Of a stretch of DNA of 64,000 nt, positions 8,573 through 18,262 are shown one piece after another. The stretch covers positions 7,102 through 71,101 of the forward strand of contig JAFXPY010000004.1 of NCBI GenBank assembly GCA_017527495.1, in the 5' to 3' direction. The DNA comes from Paludibacteraceae bacterium (GTDB lineage Bacteria; Bacteroidota; Bacteroidia; Bacteroidales; Paludibacteraceae). The notes beneath the pieces were generated by a model, which saw only the letters and a list, made by a program, of their open reading frames with translations, made no database searches and was not told where the DNA came from. The translations under genes and the position numbers were made by a program. Numbering within the stretch: position 1 is the first letter of the stretch; each line of letters starts with the position of its first letter.

Positions 8573-11500
8573 ATGGGAACAAAACGCTCTCGATTTGAAT
8601 ATGCTCGCTCTTTTGTGTGCATATTGTTCTTGTTGGGTTCGGTATTTGCATTGAATGCTCGTACCATTCAGGGTACGGTTGTTGATGCATTAGGAGACCC
8701 TGTTATTTCAGCAACGGTGCTTATCAAAGGCACTACTATCGGTACAGTAACTGATTTTGACGGTAATTACAGCATTGATGCTCCTGACGATGCCACCACC
8801 ATTGTATTTTCGTATGTTGGTATGCAGACACAGGAATTACCTATTTCAGGAAATGTGATTAATGTAACTCTTAAAGAAGACAGCGAAGTGCTTGAAGAGG
8901 TTGTCGTAACCGGTTATGGTACAACCAAGAAGCGCGACCTCGTAACATCTGTTGCATCTGTTAGCTCAGAGCAGTTGAAAGATATGCCTGTATCTACAGC
9001 AGCTGAGGCTATGCAAGGTAAGATGGCGGGTGTGCAGGTAACCACAACAGAAGGTTCTCCTGACGCAGATGTTAAGATTCGTGTTCGTGGCGGTACATCA
9101 CTTACCCAGTCTAACGACCCATTGTATATCGTTGATGGTTTCCCTGTTGCAAGCATTTCAGATATTGCTCCGTCCGACATCGCTTCGATGGACGTATTGA
9201 AAGACGCTGCCGCCACTGCAATCTATGGTGCTCAAGGTGCTAATGGTGTTATCATCATCACCACCAAAGACTCCGACAGCGACGATGATAAGATGACTTT
9301 CCATTTCGATTATTCAGGTTATATCGGTTGGAAACGCATGGCAAAAAGCTATGATATGATGGATGCCCGCGATTTCGTTTTATCGCAATATGAATGGGCT
9401 TATCTTGCAAAAGGTAAAGATAATTTGAAGGGTAATTTCAACCAGTATTTTGACAAACATGTAGAACGCAACGCCGATGGTACAATCAAAGGAGACGATA
9501 TTACTGGAGTTTCGACTTTGCTTGATGAATTTGCAAATGTTCCAATCAACGATTGGCAACGACGTACATTTGGTCCTACATGGGGTCAGAAACTTAAAGA
9601 TGGCGATGAAGTGGGCTATGCACAACATCAAGGTTTCAGCTCAAATCATAGTTTCAGTGTTAGCGGTGGTAATAAAAATGCTTCGTTCAATCTCTCTTAC
9701 AATCGTATTGACGAGAAAGGCATTATGTACGGAAGCGATTACTCCCGTAACAACATTGCGTTTAAATCGAAATTCAAACCTTTCAAGGATTTTACCATTG
9801 GTATGACTGCTCGTTTCAGTAATACTAATGTACTCGGTGCCGGTGCTAATACCTCGGAAGATGCAGGCTCAAAATCAGAATCACGTGTTCGTAATGCTAT
9901 CGCCTATACACCGGTTGACTTGGTTGCAAAAGACAATAGCACATTAGATGAATATGATAGCTTTGGTTCTCTTTATGACCCAATCACAACAATTGACCAC
10001 AATTACAAAGCAAAGAAAGACAACAAGTGGACTCTGAATGGTTATGCTTCATATAAGTTCTTGAAGAAATTCACAATCAAGACCGAATTAGGTTATGAAG
10101 GACGCTATCGTGACACAGATCGCTTCTATGGTCCTACTTCATACTATTCGCGCGATGGTGAAGGTTTTAATAAAGCTGGGGCCACAGGTTTGGGACATGT
10201 TATTGTACAAGATCAGCGTGATACAAAACTGCGCAACACTAATACCTTTGAGTATAAAGATAAGAAGAATAATCACAACTGGAGTTTGCTTATTGGTGAA
10301 GAACAACAATGGAAGAAAGGGTCTTCTGATTACTTCTACGGATATGGCTATGATGCCCATACTTATACGGGGGAAAATGTGTTCAATTTCTTGGGTGCTG
10401 CTAAAGCAACCGACTACAAGAATACGATAAACGATGCCGACAATATGCTTTCATTCTTTGCTCGTGCAAATTACGATTATGCAGGTCGCTACTACGTAAC
10501 AGCCACATTCCGTGCAGATGCTTCAACTCGTTTTGCTAAAGGCAATCAATGGGGCTACTTCCCATCAGTGGCTGCTGCTTGGCGTATGTCTGATGAAGAA
10601 TGGATGTCAGGAGCAAGCGATTGGCTCTCAAACTTGAAACTCCGTTTCTCGTATGGTACTGCAGGTAATAACAATGTTGCTACCGGCTATCTTTTCACCA
10701 CATATAACATCACGCCAACGGGTGCAGCATATATGGACAATGCAACATTCCCTACAAGTGTACTATATGTAGGTGGCTCAGACAAAATTGCTGCTAATAA
10801 CAAACTTAAATGGGAAACAACTGTAACTCGTGACCTTGGTATTGACTTCGGTTTCTTCAACGAAAGATTAACTGGTGTAATCGACCTTTATTGGAATACA
10901 ACAAACGACTTGATTATTCTTTATAAAACAAGTATGGGTGGCTACAATTATCAATATCGCAACATCGGTTCAACTCGTAACCGCGGTATAGAATTGACTC
11001 TCCGTGGTGTGGCACTCGACAAAAAATCTAAAGAATTGAGTTATGGTTTGACTCTTGATGCCAACATCAGTTTCAACGAAAATATTGTAACAAGTCTTGG
11101 CGGTATGGCTAATTACCCTGTAAGCACAAGTTGTTTCTCTTCAAACTATAAAAATAGTGATTACGAATTTATGCTTGAAGAAGGCCAGTCTGTAGGTCGT
11201 GTTTATGGTTATGTAAGTGACGGCTGGTACACAGCTAACGATTTTGCTTCGTATAAGCCAGATAATGTAAGTGGTGGCACATGGTATGACGCTGACGGCA
11301 AAGTTATTGCTACCGTTCTTGAACCGAATGGTGCTCGTCCGGGATCAATAAAACTTAAAGATCTTAATGGTGATGGCGTGATAAATGAAGAAGATCGTAC
11401 TGTAATTGGAAATACACTGCCTTTATTTACAGGTGGTTTCAATATTACAGGCTATGTTGGTGGCGACAAATGGGGTAAGGTCGATTTGACTGCAAACTTC

Positions 11501-12040
11501 ACTTTCAGCTATGGTAATGACATCGTAAATATGTCAGCCCTTGACTATTCTACCATTTTCGAAAAATCAAAATTGCGTAACTTAACAGCTAATGTAGCAT
11601 ACGGAAGCCGTTACTCAATGTTTATGCAGAATGGAACTTATGTTCCTGCAAATGCCCAAGTTGTGGATGGTGTAGTATCCGGTGAAAACTATGCAGCCCT
11701 TGCAGGTACACTGAATAATATGAATAGCGGAGCAAAAGTAGCTAACCCTGTTACTTCAAATATTGCTTTGACCGACCAATATGTTGAAGATGGAAGCTTC
11801 TTGCGTCTCTCTAACCTTACTATAGGTTACTCACTCTCTCCAAAATGGATTGAAAAAGCTAAAATGACCAACTTGCGCATTTTCTTCCAAGCTTCCAACT
11901 TGTTCTGCATTACCAAATATAGCGGCGCAGATCCAGAAGTTGATACTCGCTCGAAAATCAATCCTCTTGCTATAGGTGTTGACTATTCAGCTTATCCTAA
12001 AGCTCGTGGTTTCAATGTAGGTCTTAATCTTTCATTTTAA
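8573..12040 (+). CDS. SusC/RagA-family TonB-dependent outer-membrane transporter
   Basis: 1155 aa. Signal peptide, carboxypeptidase-regulatory-like start (IQGTVVDALGDPVISATVLIKGT), TonB-box/plug region, and C-terminal ...GFNVGLNLSF. Followed 13 bp later by a SusD homolog. Confidence 0.93.
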   Translation: MGTKRSRFEYARSFVCILFLLGSVFALNARTIQGTVVDALGDPVISATVLIKGTTIGTVTDFDGNYSIDAPDDATTIVFSYVGMQTQELPISGNVINVTLKEDSEVLEEVVVTGYGTTKKRDLVTSVASVSSEQLKDMPVSTAAEAMQGKMAGVQVTTTEGSPDADVKIRVRGGTSLTQSNDPLYIVDGFPVASISDIAPSDIASMDVLKDAAATAIYGAQGANGVIIITTKDSDSDDDKMTFHFDYSGYIGWKRMAKSYDMMDARDFVLSQYEWAYLAKGKDNLKGNFNQYFDKHVERNADGTIKGDDITGVSTLLDEFANVPINDWQRRTFGPTWGQKLKDGDEVGYAQHQGFSSNHSFSVSGGNKNASFNLSYNRIDEKGIMYGSDYSRNNIAFKSKFKPFKDFTIGMTARFSNTNVLGAGANTSEDAGSKSESRVRNAIAYTPVDLVAKDNSTLDEYDSFGSLYDPITTIDHNYKAKKDNKWTLNGYASYKFLKKFTIKTELGYEGRYRDTDRFYGPTSYYSRDGEGFNKAGATGLGHVIVQDQRDTKLRNTNTFEYKDKKNNHNWSLLIGEEQQWKKGSSDYFYGYGYDAHTYTGENVFNFLGAAKATDYKNTINDADNMLSFFARANYDYAGRYYVTATFRADASTRFAKGNQWGYFPSVAAAWRMSDEEWMSGASDWLSNLKLRFSYGTAGNNNVATGYLFTTYNITPTGAAYMDNATFPTSVLYVGGSDKIAANNKLKWETTVTRDLGIDFGFFNERLTGVIDLYWNTTNDLIILYKTSMGGYNYQYRNIGSTRNRGIELTLRGVALDKKSKELSYGLTLDANISFNENIVTSLGGMANYPVSTSCFSSNYKNSDYEFMLEEGQSVGRVYGYVSDGWYTANDFASYKPDNVSGGTWYDADGKVIATVLEPNGARPGSIKLKDLNGDGVINEEDRTVIGNTLPLFTGGFNITGYVGGDKWGKVDLTANFTFSYGNDIVNMSALDYSTIFEKSKLRNLTANVAYGSRYSMFMQNGTYVPANAQVVDGVVSGENYAALAGTLNNMNSGAKVANPVTSNIALTDQYVEDGSFLRLSNLTIGYSLSPKWIEKAKMTNLRIFFQASNLFCITKYSGADPEVDTRSKINPLAIGVDYSAYPKARGFNVGLNLSF

Positions 12041-12053
12041 TTAATTAACAACA

Positions 12054-14015
12054 ATGAAAACAAATAAGATATTAACAATTTTAGGTGTTGCAACTTTGGC
12101 ACTGAGTGTGTCATCTTGCAAAGACTTTTTTGAGCCAAAGTCGCCTTCATCGATTGAACCCGATTTTGTCTATACCAATCTTGAGCGTGTAGAAGGTGCA
12201 GTGGCTGGTATGTATGTGCCATTTGGCGAGAATAATAGTTATCGAAATCGTCTTGTATGTGGCTATCAAGGAATGAACACTGATGTCGAGCATAACACAA
12301 AAAACTCAGGACTTGCTGATTATGCAATCTATGCAATGACAACAAGTCAAGGCGATCTTTCTAAATCTGATGGTAAAGATCCATGGGGATATATAAATAC
12401 CATTATTGAGCGTGCCAACCTCGTTATTGAGGGAATAGAGCAATATGGTGATTTTGAAGGTTCAAATGCTGCTCTTTATAACTATTATTTAGGCGAAGCA
12501 CTCTTTATCCGTTCTTTTGCTTATTCTGAAATGGTAAAATTATGGGGTGATGTACCTCCTCGTTTTGAGTCTATGTCTAAAAATCCTGAAGGTATGAACA
12601 TAGCAAAGAACGATCGTAATATTATATATGCGCAGTTGCGTGTTGATCTTCGTCGTGCTGCAGAACTTCTCCCTTGGTCTGCTCAATGCCCTGGCAAGAT
12701 GCAAAACTACACAGGTCGCCCTTCAAAGGCAGCTGCTCTCGGACTGCTTGCAAGAATAGACCTCACCTATGCAGGGTATGGCATGCGTCCGGATTATATT
12801 CAAGTAGGTGGCGGTGTTCCGGCACGTGTTCAACTCAACACAAAGGATGAGGCACTTCGCAAAGAATTGTACGAAGAAGTTCTTTGGGCCACAGGCGAAA
12901 TCATCGCAAATGAATCGTTCAAATTCAAATCTGACTATGAGCGTATATTCCGTGATCTTTGCGAGGATGTTGAAAGCTATGCCGAATCAGAATGGATTTG
13001 GGAAATCCCATTTGCTAATGGCACTCGCGGACAATTCTTAAATTACAATTGTCCAAAGGGAACTGATGCTTTTAAGGCTCTTAAAAACAATACATCAGGT
13101 TCAACAAACTCTGTTCAAGCACTTGTTCCTTCGTTTGTTTATGATTTCGAAGCCGGCGACAAGCGCAAAGATGTTATAGTTATGCCTGCTGTTTGGACAA
13201 ATGATAATGGAAAAGGTATAACTGAGAATGAAGCAGATAGAGAAATTTATTTTCCGGGTGTTGCTGCAAAGGATAACCGTTTGTATCAAAAGAATCAAAA
13301 TATTGCATCATTCTATCTTGGCAAGTATCGTATCGAATGGATGAGCCGTGAGCGTAACGGCAATGACGATGGTATCAACTATCCGATCATTAGATACACC
13401 GACATAATGCTTATGTATTGCGAGGCTGCTCTTGGCGGTATAACAGGTACTGCTGTTGATGGTGCAAATTTGACAGCTGCACAAGGCTATTTTGATCAGG
13501 TTCGTTCTCGTGCCGGTTTGGCTCCAAAAGCTCTGAATATGGAAAATCTTATGAACGAGCGTCGTTTCGAGTTCGCCGGTGAATATGTCCGCAAGTATGA
13601 CCTCCAACGCTGGGGTAAACTGAAAGAAAAACTTGTTGAAGCACAAAAACAAGTATTTGAACTTGCTGCTCACACCGGCAACTATGCTCAAACAGGCGAT
13701 ACTCTCTATTTCAAATATCGTGAAGATAATTCATTCCTCTATCAAGGCGATGATCGTACAGTAGAACACGCTTTTGTTATAGATAGTATATGGGGACTGA
13801 ATAAAGGTGAGGTTGGCCCTCCTGCAACATTCAGTAAAGAGAATGGTTGGGTGGCTAAAAATATCTATAGTAGTGAAGAAGGTGCTCGTCTTACACCGGA
13901 TACCTACAAACTCTATAATAACGAAGAAAATATTGACAATCGCCAATTCTATCCTATATTTGGTAATAATTTAGGTAGTTCAAATGGCACCCTTTGGAAC
14001 GACTACGGATATTAA
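12054..14015 (+). CDS. SusD/RagB-family nutrient-binding outer-membrane lipoprotein
   Basis: 653 aa. Lipoprotein signal (LSVSSCKD). Position directly after SusC. Typical RagB/SusD length and motifs (ERRFEFAGE..R..DL.RWG). Confidence 0.9.
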   Translation: MKTNKILTILGVATLALSVSSCKDFFEPKSPSSIEPDFVYTNLERVEGAVAGMYVPFGENNSYRNRLVCGYQGMNTDVEHNTKNSGLADYAIYAMTTSQGDLSKSDGKDPWGYINTIIERANLVIEGIEQYGDFEGSNAALYNYYLGEALFIRSFAYSEMVKLWGDVPPRFESMSKNPEGMNIAKNDRNIIYAQLRVDLRRAAELLPWSAQCPGKMQNYTGRPSKAAALGLLARIDLTYAGYGMRPDYIQVGGGVPARVQLNTKDEALRKELYEEVLWATGEIIANESFKFKSDYERIFRDLCEDVESYAESEWIWEIPFANGTRGQFLNYNCPKGTDAFKALKNNTSGSTNSVQALVPSFVYDFEAGDKRKDVIVMPAVWTNDNGKGITENEADREIYFPGVAAKDNRLYQKNQNIASFYLGKYRIEWMSRERNGNDDGINYPIIRYTDIMLMYCEAALGGITGTAVDGANLTAAQGYFDQVRSRAGLAPKALNMENLMNERRFEFAGEYVRKYDLQRWGKLKEKLVEAQKQVFELAAHTGNYAQTGDTLYFKYREDNSFLYQGDDRTVEHAFVIDSIWGLNKGEVGPPATFSKENGWVAKNIYSSEEGARLTPDTYKLYNNEENIDNRQFYPIFGNNLGSSNGTLWNDYGY

Positions 14016-14030
14016 TTAATTCTAATCTAT

Positions 14031-14071
14031 AATTAGGAAAGCGGCACGCCGCTTTCCTAATTATTTTTTTT
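14031..14071 (+). terminator. intrinsic terminator/attenuator between susD-like and pectate lyase genes
   Basis: AATTAGGAAAGCGGC-AC-GCCGCTTTCCTAATT followed by ATTTTTTTT. Confidence 0.65.
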
Positions 14072-14080
14072 ACTTTTTAT

Positions 14081-15499
14081 ATGCGAAAATTAGTTTTACT
14101 TCTTGCCATTGTTTTAGCTTTTATTTCATGCAAAAGCAAAGAGTCAGAGCCAACAACTCCTACACAACAAGAACAAGCCCTTGCTTTCCCTGGAGCTGAA
14201 GGCGGCGGGAAATATGCAACCGGCGGCCGTGGTGGAACAGTCTATGTGGTAACATCTCTTGAAGATGACGGGCAGAAGGCCGGAACATTGCGCTATGCTC
14301 TATTGCGCAATGAAGTTCGTACGATAATTTTCAAAGTGTCAGGACGTATCGACTTGAAGTCCGAACTTCGAATTACTCGTGGCAATCTTTCTATACTCGG
14401 ACAATCAGCACCCGGTGATGGAATATGTATTTCAGGTTATCCTGTTATTGTCAATGCCAATAATGTTGTAATTCGTTTCCTGCGTTTCCGCATGGGTGAT
14501 GAAAAAAAAGTTGAAGGCGATGCATTGACAGTAATCAACTCCCAAAATGTGATTATTGACCATTGCTCATTCTCTTGGTCAACAGATGAATGTGTGTCGT
14601 GCTATGGCAATGAGAATTTCACTCTGCAATATTGCTTTATCACTGAGTCGCTCAAAAACTCAGTGCATGGCAAGGGTAGCCATGGCTATGCAGGTATATG
14701 GGGCGGAACAAATGCTTCGTTCCATCATAATCTGATTGCTCACCATGACTCGCGTAACCCGCGTTTCGACCATGACTATGTTGACGATACGCACCGTGGA
14801 CCTGTTGATTTCGTCAATAATGTTGTTTATAATTGGGGCGGTAATTCGGCATACGGCGGAGAGTCGGTTGATGCTCAACGAACAATAAATTTTGTTGCCA
14901 ACTACTACAAGCCCGGACCTGCCACTAATTCAAAAGTTAAGTCGCGTCTTGTCAATCCATGGACTTCATGTAGTAATTGTACAAGCGTCAAAGCAGGAAC
15001 AGTACTGCCTCCTCTAATCTATCTTGCCGACAACTATATGTATGGTTCAGCAGAGGTAACAGCCGACAATTGGAAAGGCTCTACAGAGACAAGTCAGTCA
15101 GTGTCAAAAGAACGCTTTACTATGTCGTATGATGTTACAACGCAAAAAGCCGAACAAGCATTTGAAACTGTGCTTAATGTGGCCGGTTGTTCGCTTGTAC
15201 GCGATGAAAACGACAAAACTATAGTCAGTGATGTGCGCAATGGCAGCTACACACATAAAGGAAGCAATGGCTCGAAAAATGGACTTATTGACACGCAATC
15301 CGATGCCGGCGGCTGGCCAGATTATAAAACTTATAATGAAATAACTGATGCCGATCGTGATGGAATGGATGATGAATGGGAAACAGCACATGGACTGAAT
15401 ACATCGTCCGGACTTGATGCATATCAATTTACAAATTCGCCACTCTATACCAACCTTGAGGTCTATCTTAATAGTTTGGTAGAACACTTGTGGAAGTAA
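14081..15499 (+). CDS. pectate lyase (PL1-like), lipoprotein
   Basis: 472 aa. Lipobox LAFISCK. AFPGAEGGGKYATGGRGG..VYVVTSL and IIDHCSFSWSTDE are typical of PL1 pectate lyases. The C-terminus has a DADRDGMDDEWE Ca-binding-like motif. Confidence 0.82.
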   Translation: MRKLVLLLAIVLAFISCKSKESEPTTPTQQEQALAFPGAEGGGKYATGGRGGTVYVVTSLEDDGQKAGTLRYALLRNEVRTIIFKVSGRIDLKSELRITRGNLSILGQSAPGDGICISGYPVIVNANNVVIRFLRFRMGDEKKVEGDALTVINSQNVIIDHCSFSWSTDECVSCYGNENFTLQYCFITESLKNSVHGKGSHGYAGIWGGTNASFHHNLIAHHDSRNPRFDHDYVDDTHRGPVDFVNNVVYNWGGNSAYGGESVDAQRTINFVANYYKPGPATNSKVKSRLVNPWTSCSNCTSVKAGTVLPPLIYLADNYMYGSAEVTADNWKGSTETSQSVSKERFTMSYDVTTQKAEQAFETVLNVAGCSLVRDENDKTIVSDVRNGSYTHKGSNGSKNGLIDTQSDAGGWPDYKTYNEITDADRDGMDDEWETAHGLNTSSGLDAYQFTNSPLYTNLEVYLNSLVEHLWK

Positions 15500-15723
15500 G
15501 AAATCGATTATGTAAACATCAAAATATTGTTTCATACATTTGAATTTTGTCGCTTGTGATAATATGTGAGGTTAATTGTATAGATGTTGTAGAAATGCAA
15601 AAAAAAATACACATTTTTTGACGATTTCTTTACCATATATTGAAAAAAAAATACTAACTTTGTGATGTTGAAAATAAAAACAACAAAAATTAAATATTGT
15701 ATAACTTAAAACATTTTTAGAGT

Positions 15724-16410
15724 ATGAAAAAACTTTTACTTTTTGGTGCAGCTCTTTTTGCTGCTTTCACAGTAAACGCTGCTTCTTTCCAAGGCTTTGA
15801 TGGTCGTGATGGAACATTAGGTCAGCAAATTTATGATGGTTTGATTCAAAACCAAGTTAACATTACAATGAACGAAACCGATGCCACTGCTCACAAGTAT
15901 GAAATTATTCTTACAACCGGTGGTGAAGAATGTTCATTTACGCTGGGAGGTATCACATTCTGGTATAAAAATTCAAACGACAACACCATTGCTTTCAAAT
16001 CTTACGGCACATACATTCAACCTAATGGTAAAGAACGTAAAGTTGTAATTCCAACAGTAGCTGGTGAAAAAGTTAGAATTTACGTTCAAGATGCACTTGA
16101 AGGTGTAGGTGTAGAAGGTGTATCAGAAGGTGCTAATGTTAATTTAGTTGCATGGGGTGAAAATAAGGACCTCTATACAGAACTTACAGCTACAGGAAGC
16201 GAAATCGTTCTTTGGTCAGACAAACGCGACGATGCACATACAGCAACAAAATTCAAATTAGGTGCTGTTTTACCAGCAGATGGTACCGGTCTTGTAAATC
16301 TTGAAGGCGAAAATGCTGTTAAAGATGGCAAATTCATGCAAAACGGCCAAATCTACATCCGCAAAAACGGTAAAGTATTCAATATCCTCGGCGCACAAGT
16401 TGCTGAATAA
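15724..16410 (+). CDS. secreted hypothetical protein (last gene of the PUL-like cluster)
   Basis: 228 aa. Clear signal peptide MKKLLLFGAALFAAFTVNA. Own -7 box at 15655-15662. Strong terminator follows. No recognisable domain. Confidence 0.7.
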   Translation: MKKLLLFGAALFAAFTVNAASFQGFDGRDGTLGQQIYDGLIQNQVNITMNETDATAHKYEIILTTGGEECSFTLGGITFWYKNSNDNTIAFKSYGTYIQPNGKERKVVIPTVAGEKVRIYVQDALEGVGVEGVSEGANVNLVAWGENKDLYTELTATGSEIVLWSDKRDDAHTATKFKLGAVLPADGTGLVNLEGENAVKDGKFMQNGQIYIRKNGKVFNILGAQVAE

Positions 16411-16432
16411 TTGAATCAACATATCAAACAGA

Positions 16433-16468
16433 AAAAAGAGTTGCTCAACCGAGCAACTCTTTTTGTTT
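16433..16468 (+). terminator. intrinsic terminator ending the PUL-like cluster
   Basis: AAAAGAGTTGCTC-AACC-GAGCAACTCTTTT followed by TG TTT. Confidence 0.8.
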
Positions 16469-16497
16469 CTAAGCCAATTGACCTTTTATTTGCTATT

Positions 16498-16873
16498 ATT
16501 AGTGTCCGACAAATAACATATATACATCTATATATTACTGAAAATAAGTAGAATATAACTATATCAAGTTTCGCTGTATTTAATTATTGGTGTCCGATAA
16601 TAAACATATATCCATTGATATATTATTGAAAAATAAGCTTAATATAACAGATATCAAAAATAGGGGCTTGTTTTTTTGAAAATATCGCGTAGCGATTTTC
16701 TTTTAATAGAATCAGATTAATTACAAATTTATATCCCGTGGGGATTTTCTTTTAATATCTTATTATCAATGATTTAAAAGAAATTCCCTATAGGAAAAAA
16801 TATTAGGTAATGTGTCAAATTTCTATTAAAAGAAATTCCCTAACGGGAAAACAAAGATTAATCGGACACTAAT
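16498..16873. repeat. candidate MITE-like unit bounded by 13-bp inverted repeats ATTAGTGTCCGAC / ATCGGACACTAAT, containing a duplicated ~88-bp left module and four short hairpins
   Basis: Left end at 16498-16510. An internal second left end, GGTGTCCGATAA, at 16589-16600. Right end at 16861-16873, which is the reverse complement with 12/13 matches. The right-hand 170 bp is colinear with 38760-38962. The left module recurs at 46779-46850. Confidence 0.6.
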
Positions 16874-16891
16874 ATTTTCAAATATCAAAGC

Positions 16892-17039
16892 GAATGTGTC
16901 GAAATGTGGTTTTATTTTTGAGATTCTACACAAATGCGATACTGAATGTGTCAAAATGTGGTTTTATTTTTGAGATTCTACACAAATACGATACTGAATG
17001 TGTCAAAATGTGGGTTATCTTTTAGATTTTGACGCTACT
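16892..17039. repeat. 52-bp tandem repeat x ~2.9 directly downstream of folE
   Basis: The unit GAATGTGTC(G/A)AAATGTGGTTTTATTTTTGAGATTCTACACAAAT(G/A)CGATACT starts at 16892, 16944 and 16996; the last copy is diverged. It contains the AATGTGTCAAA word that recurs in the other repeat regions. Confidence 0.9.
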
Positions 17040-17050
17040 GCTTTCTCAAC

Positions 17051-17635
17051 TTATTTCTTGATTAGATTAAGAAACTCGTTGCGTGTCTCTTGGCGGTTGA
17101 ATGCACCTGTGAAATCGGATGTTGTGGTGAATGAATTAAGCTTGCCTACGCCACGCATTTGCATGCACAAATGCTGTGCCTCAATAACTACTATAACGCC
17201 GAGCGGTTGGAGCGTGCGCTCTATACATTCTTTGATTTGTGTCGTCATGCGTTCTTGAACTTGTAGCCTTCGTGCATAGACATCCACTATACGCGCTATC
17301 TTGCTCAATCCTGTGATTTTTCCGTTTGGTATATATGCCACATGTGCCTTGCCAAAGAACGGCAAGAGATGGTGCTCGCATAGCGAATAGAACTCAATGT
17401 CTTTTACTATCACCATCTGGCGGTAGTCTTCTTCAAATAATGCAGAACGCAGTATGGCATCTGGGTCTTCGTTGTAACCTTTGGTGAGATATTGAAATGC
17501 CTCTCCCACTCGTGCCGGCGTGCGCAAGAGTCCTTCTCGGTCAGGATCCTCTCCTATGCTTTGCAATGTATGACGCACATCTTTGGCTATCTCATCGGTT
17601 GTCTCTTGCTGTGGGTTGAATGTCTGGAGGTTCAT
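17051..17635 (-). CDS. folE: GTP cyclohydrolase I
   Basis: 194 aa. GLLRTPARV..., [18 protein letters not shown], and [10 protein letters not shown] motifs. Confidence 0.95.
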   Translation of the reverse strand: MNLQTFNPQQETTDEIAKDVRHTLQSIGEDPDREGLLRTPARVGEAFQYLTKGYNEDPDAILRSALFEEDYRQMVIVKDIEFYSLCEHHLLPFFGKAHVAYIPNGKITGLSKIARIVDVYARRLQVQERMTTQIKECIERTLQPLGVIVVIEAQHLCMQMRGVGKLNSFTTTSDFTGAFNRQETRNEFLNLIKK

Positions 17636-17642
17636 GCGGCGG

Positions 17643-17750
17643 GGAGATTTGGAGATTTGAAAATTTGAAAATTCAAAAATTTGAAGATTTGGAGATTTGA
17701 AAATTCAAAAATTCAAAGATTTGAAGATTTCTGATTTGAAAATTTGAATT
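17643..17750. repeat. period-8 tandem repeat (consensus GRARATTY, >=11 units) filling the SPOR-folE intercistronic gap
   Basis: Read in 8-nt register from 17643: GGAGATTT GGAGATTT GAAAATTT GAAAATTC AAAAATTT GAAGATTT GGAGATTT GAAAATTC AAAAATTC AAAGATTT GAAGATTT ... Confidence 0.9.
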
Positions 17751-18260
17751 TTATTCTTGATTTATTTGTCCTGCTTGTTGTTCGATTTCAATATTGTCGC
17801 GCACAATATATGTGTCGTCCTGCAGGTCAGGCATCAGCTTGATGACTTGTTCGCGTAGCAGTTGTGCTTCGGCTTTAGTGCGGAAATCACCAAGTCTGAC
17901 TTTCCAGAAGGGTGGGTTATAGACTATATGTGTCTGGGTGTCTATCCCGCTTTCTCTCACTCTTGCTTGCAGTTGAAATGCCGAGGAGCGTGCTGTGCGC
18001 TGGTTGTTGCTCGAAAATATCTGTACGCGAAATCCCTCAATGGGTTTGTCGTCCACTTGCGGTGCGTTGTAGCCTGCTTTTTTTAGTGCTATGAGTTGCA
18101 CAATGCGTTGATCTTGATTGATTTTTGCATTGCCTTGCGCTTCTATTGAATCAAAAATAGCAGGTGTGGATAGGTTCAAACTATCCACTACCTGACTATA
18201 TGCTTTTAGTACGAACAGACTAAGCAGCAGTACTATTATATATGTTTTGTTATGACTCAA
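17751..18260 (-). CDS. SPOR-domain protein
   Basis: 169 aa. Signal/anchor at the N-terminus. C-terminal SPOR-like GFRVQIFSS..FWKVRLGDFRTKAEA. Confidence 0.8.
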   Translation of the reverse strand: MSHNKTYIIVLLLSLFVLKAYSQVVDSLNLSTPAIFDSIEAQGNAKINQDQRIVQLIALKKAGYNAPQVDDKPIEGFRVQIFSSNNQRTARSSAFQLQARVRESGIDTQTHIVYNPPFWKVRLGDFRTKAEAQLLREQVIKLMPDLQDDTYIVRDNIEIEQQAGQINQE

Positions 18261-18262
18261 GT

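Noticed and set aside
15724-16410. T9SS C-terminal sorting signal on the 228-aa PUL-associated protein (..GQIYIRKNGKVFNILGAQVAE)
   Set aside because: Only ~30 residues resemble the last strands of a CTD. The protein is too short for a cargo plus a full ~80-aa CTD, so the evidence is insufficient.
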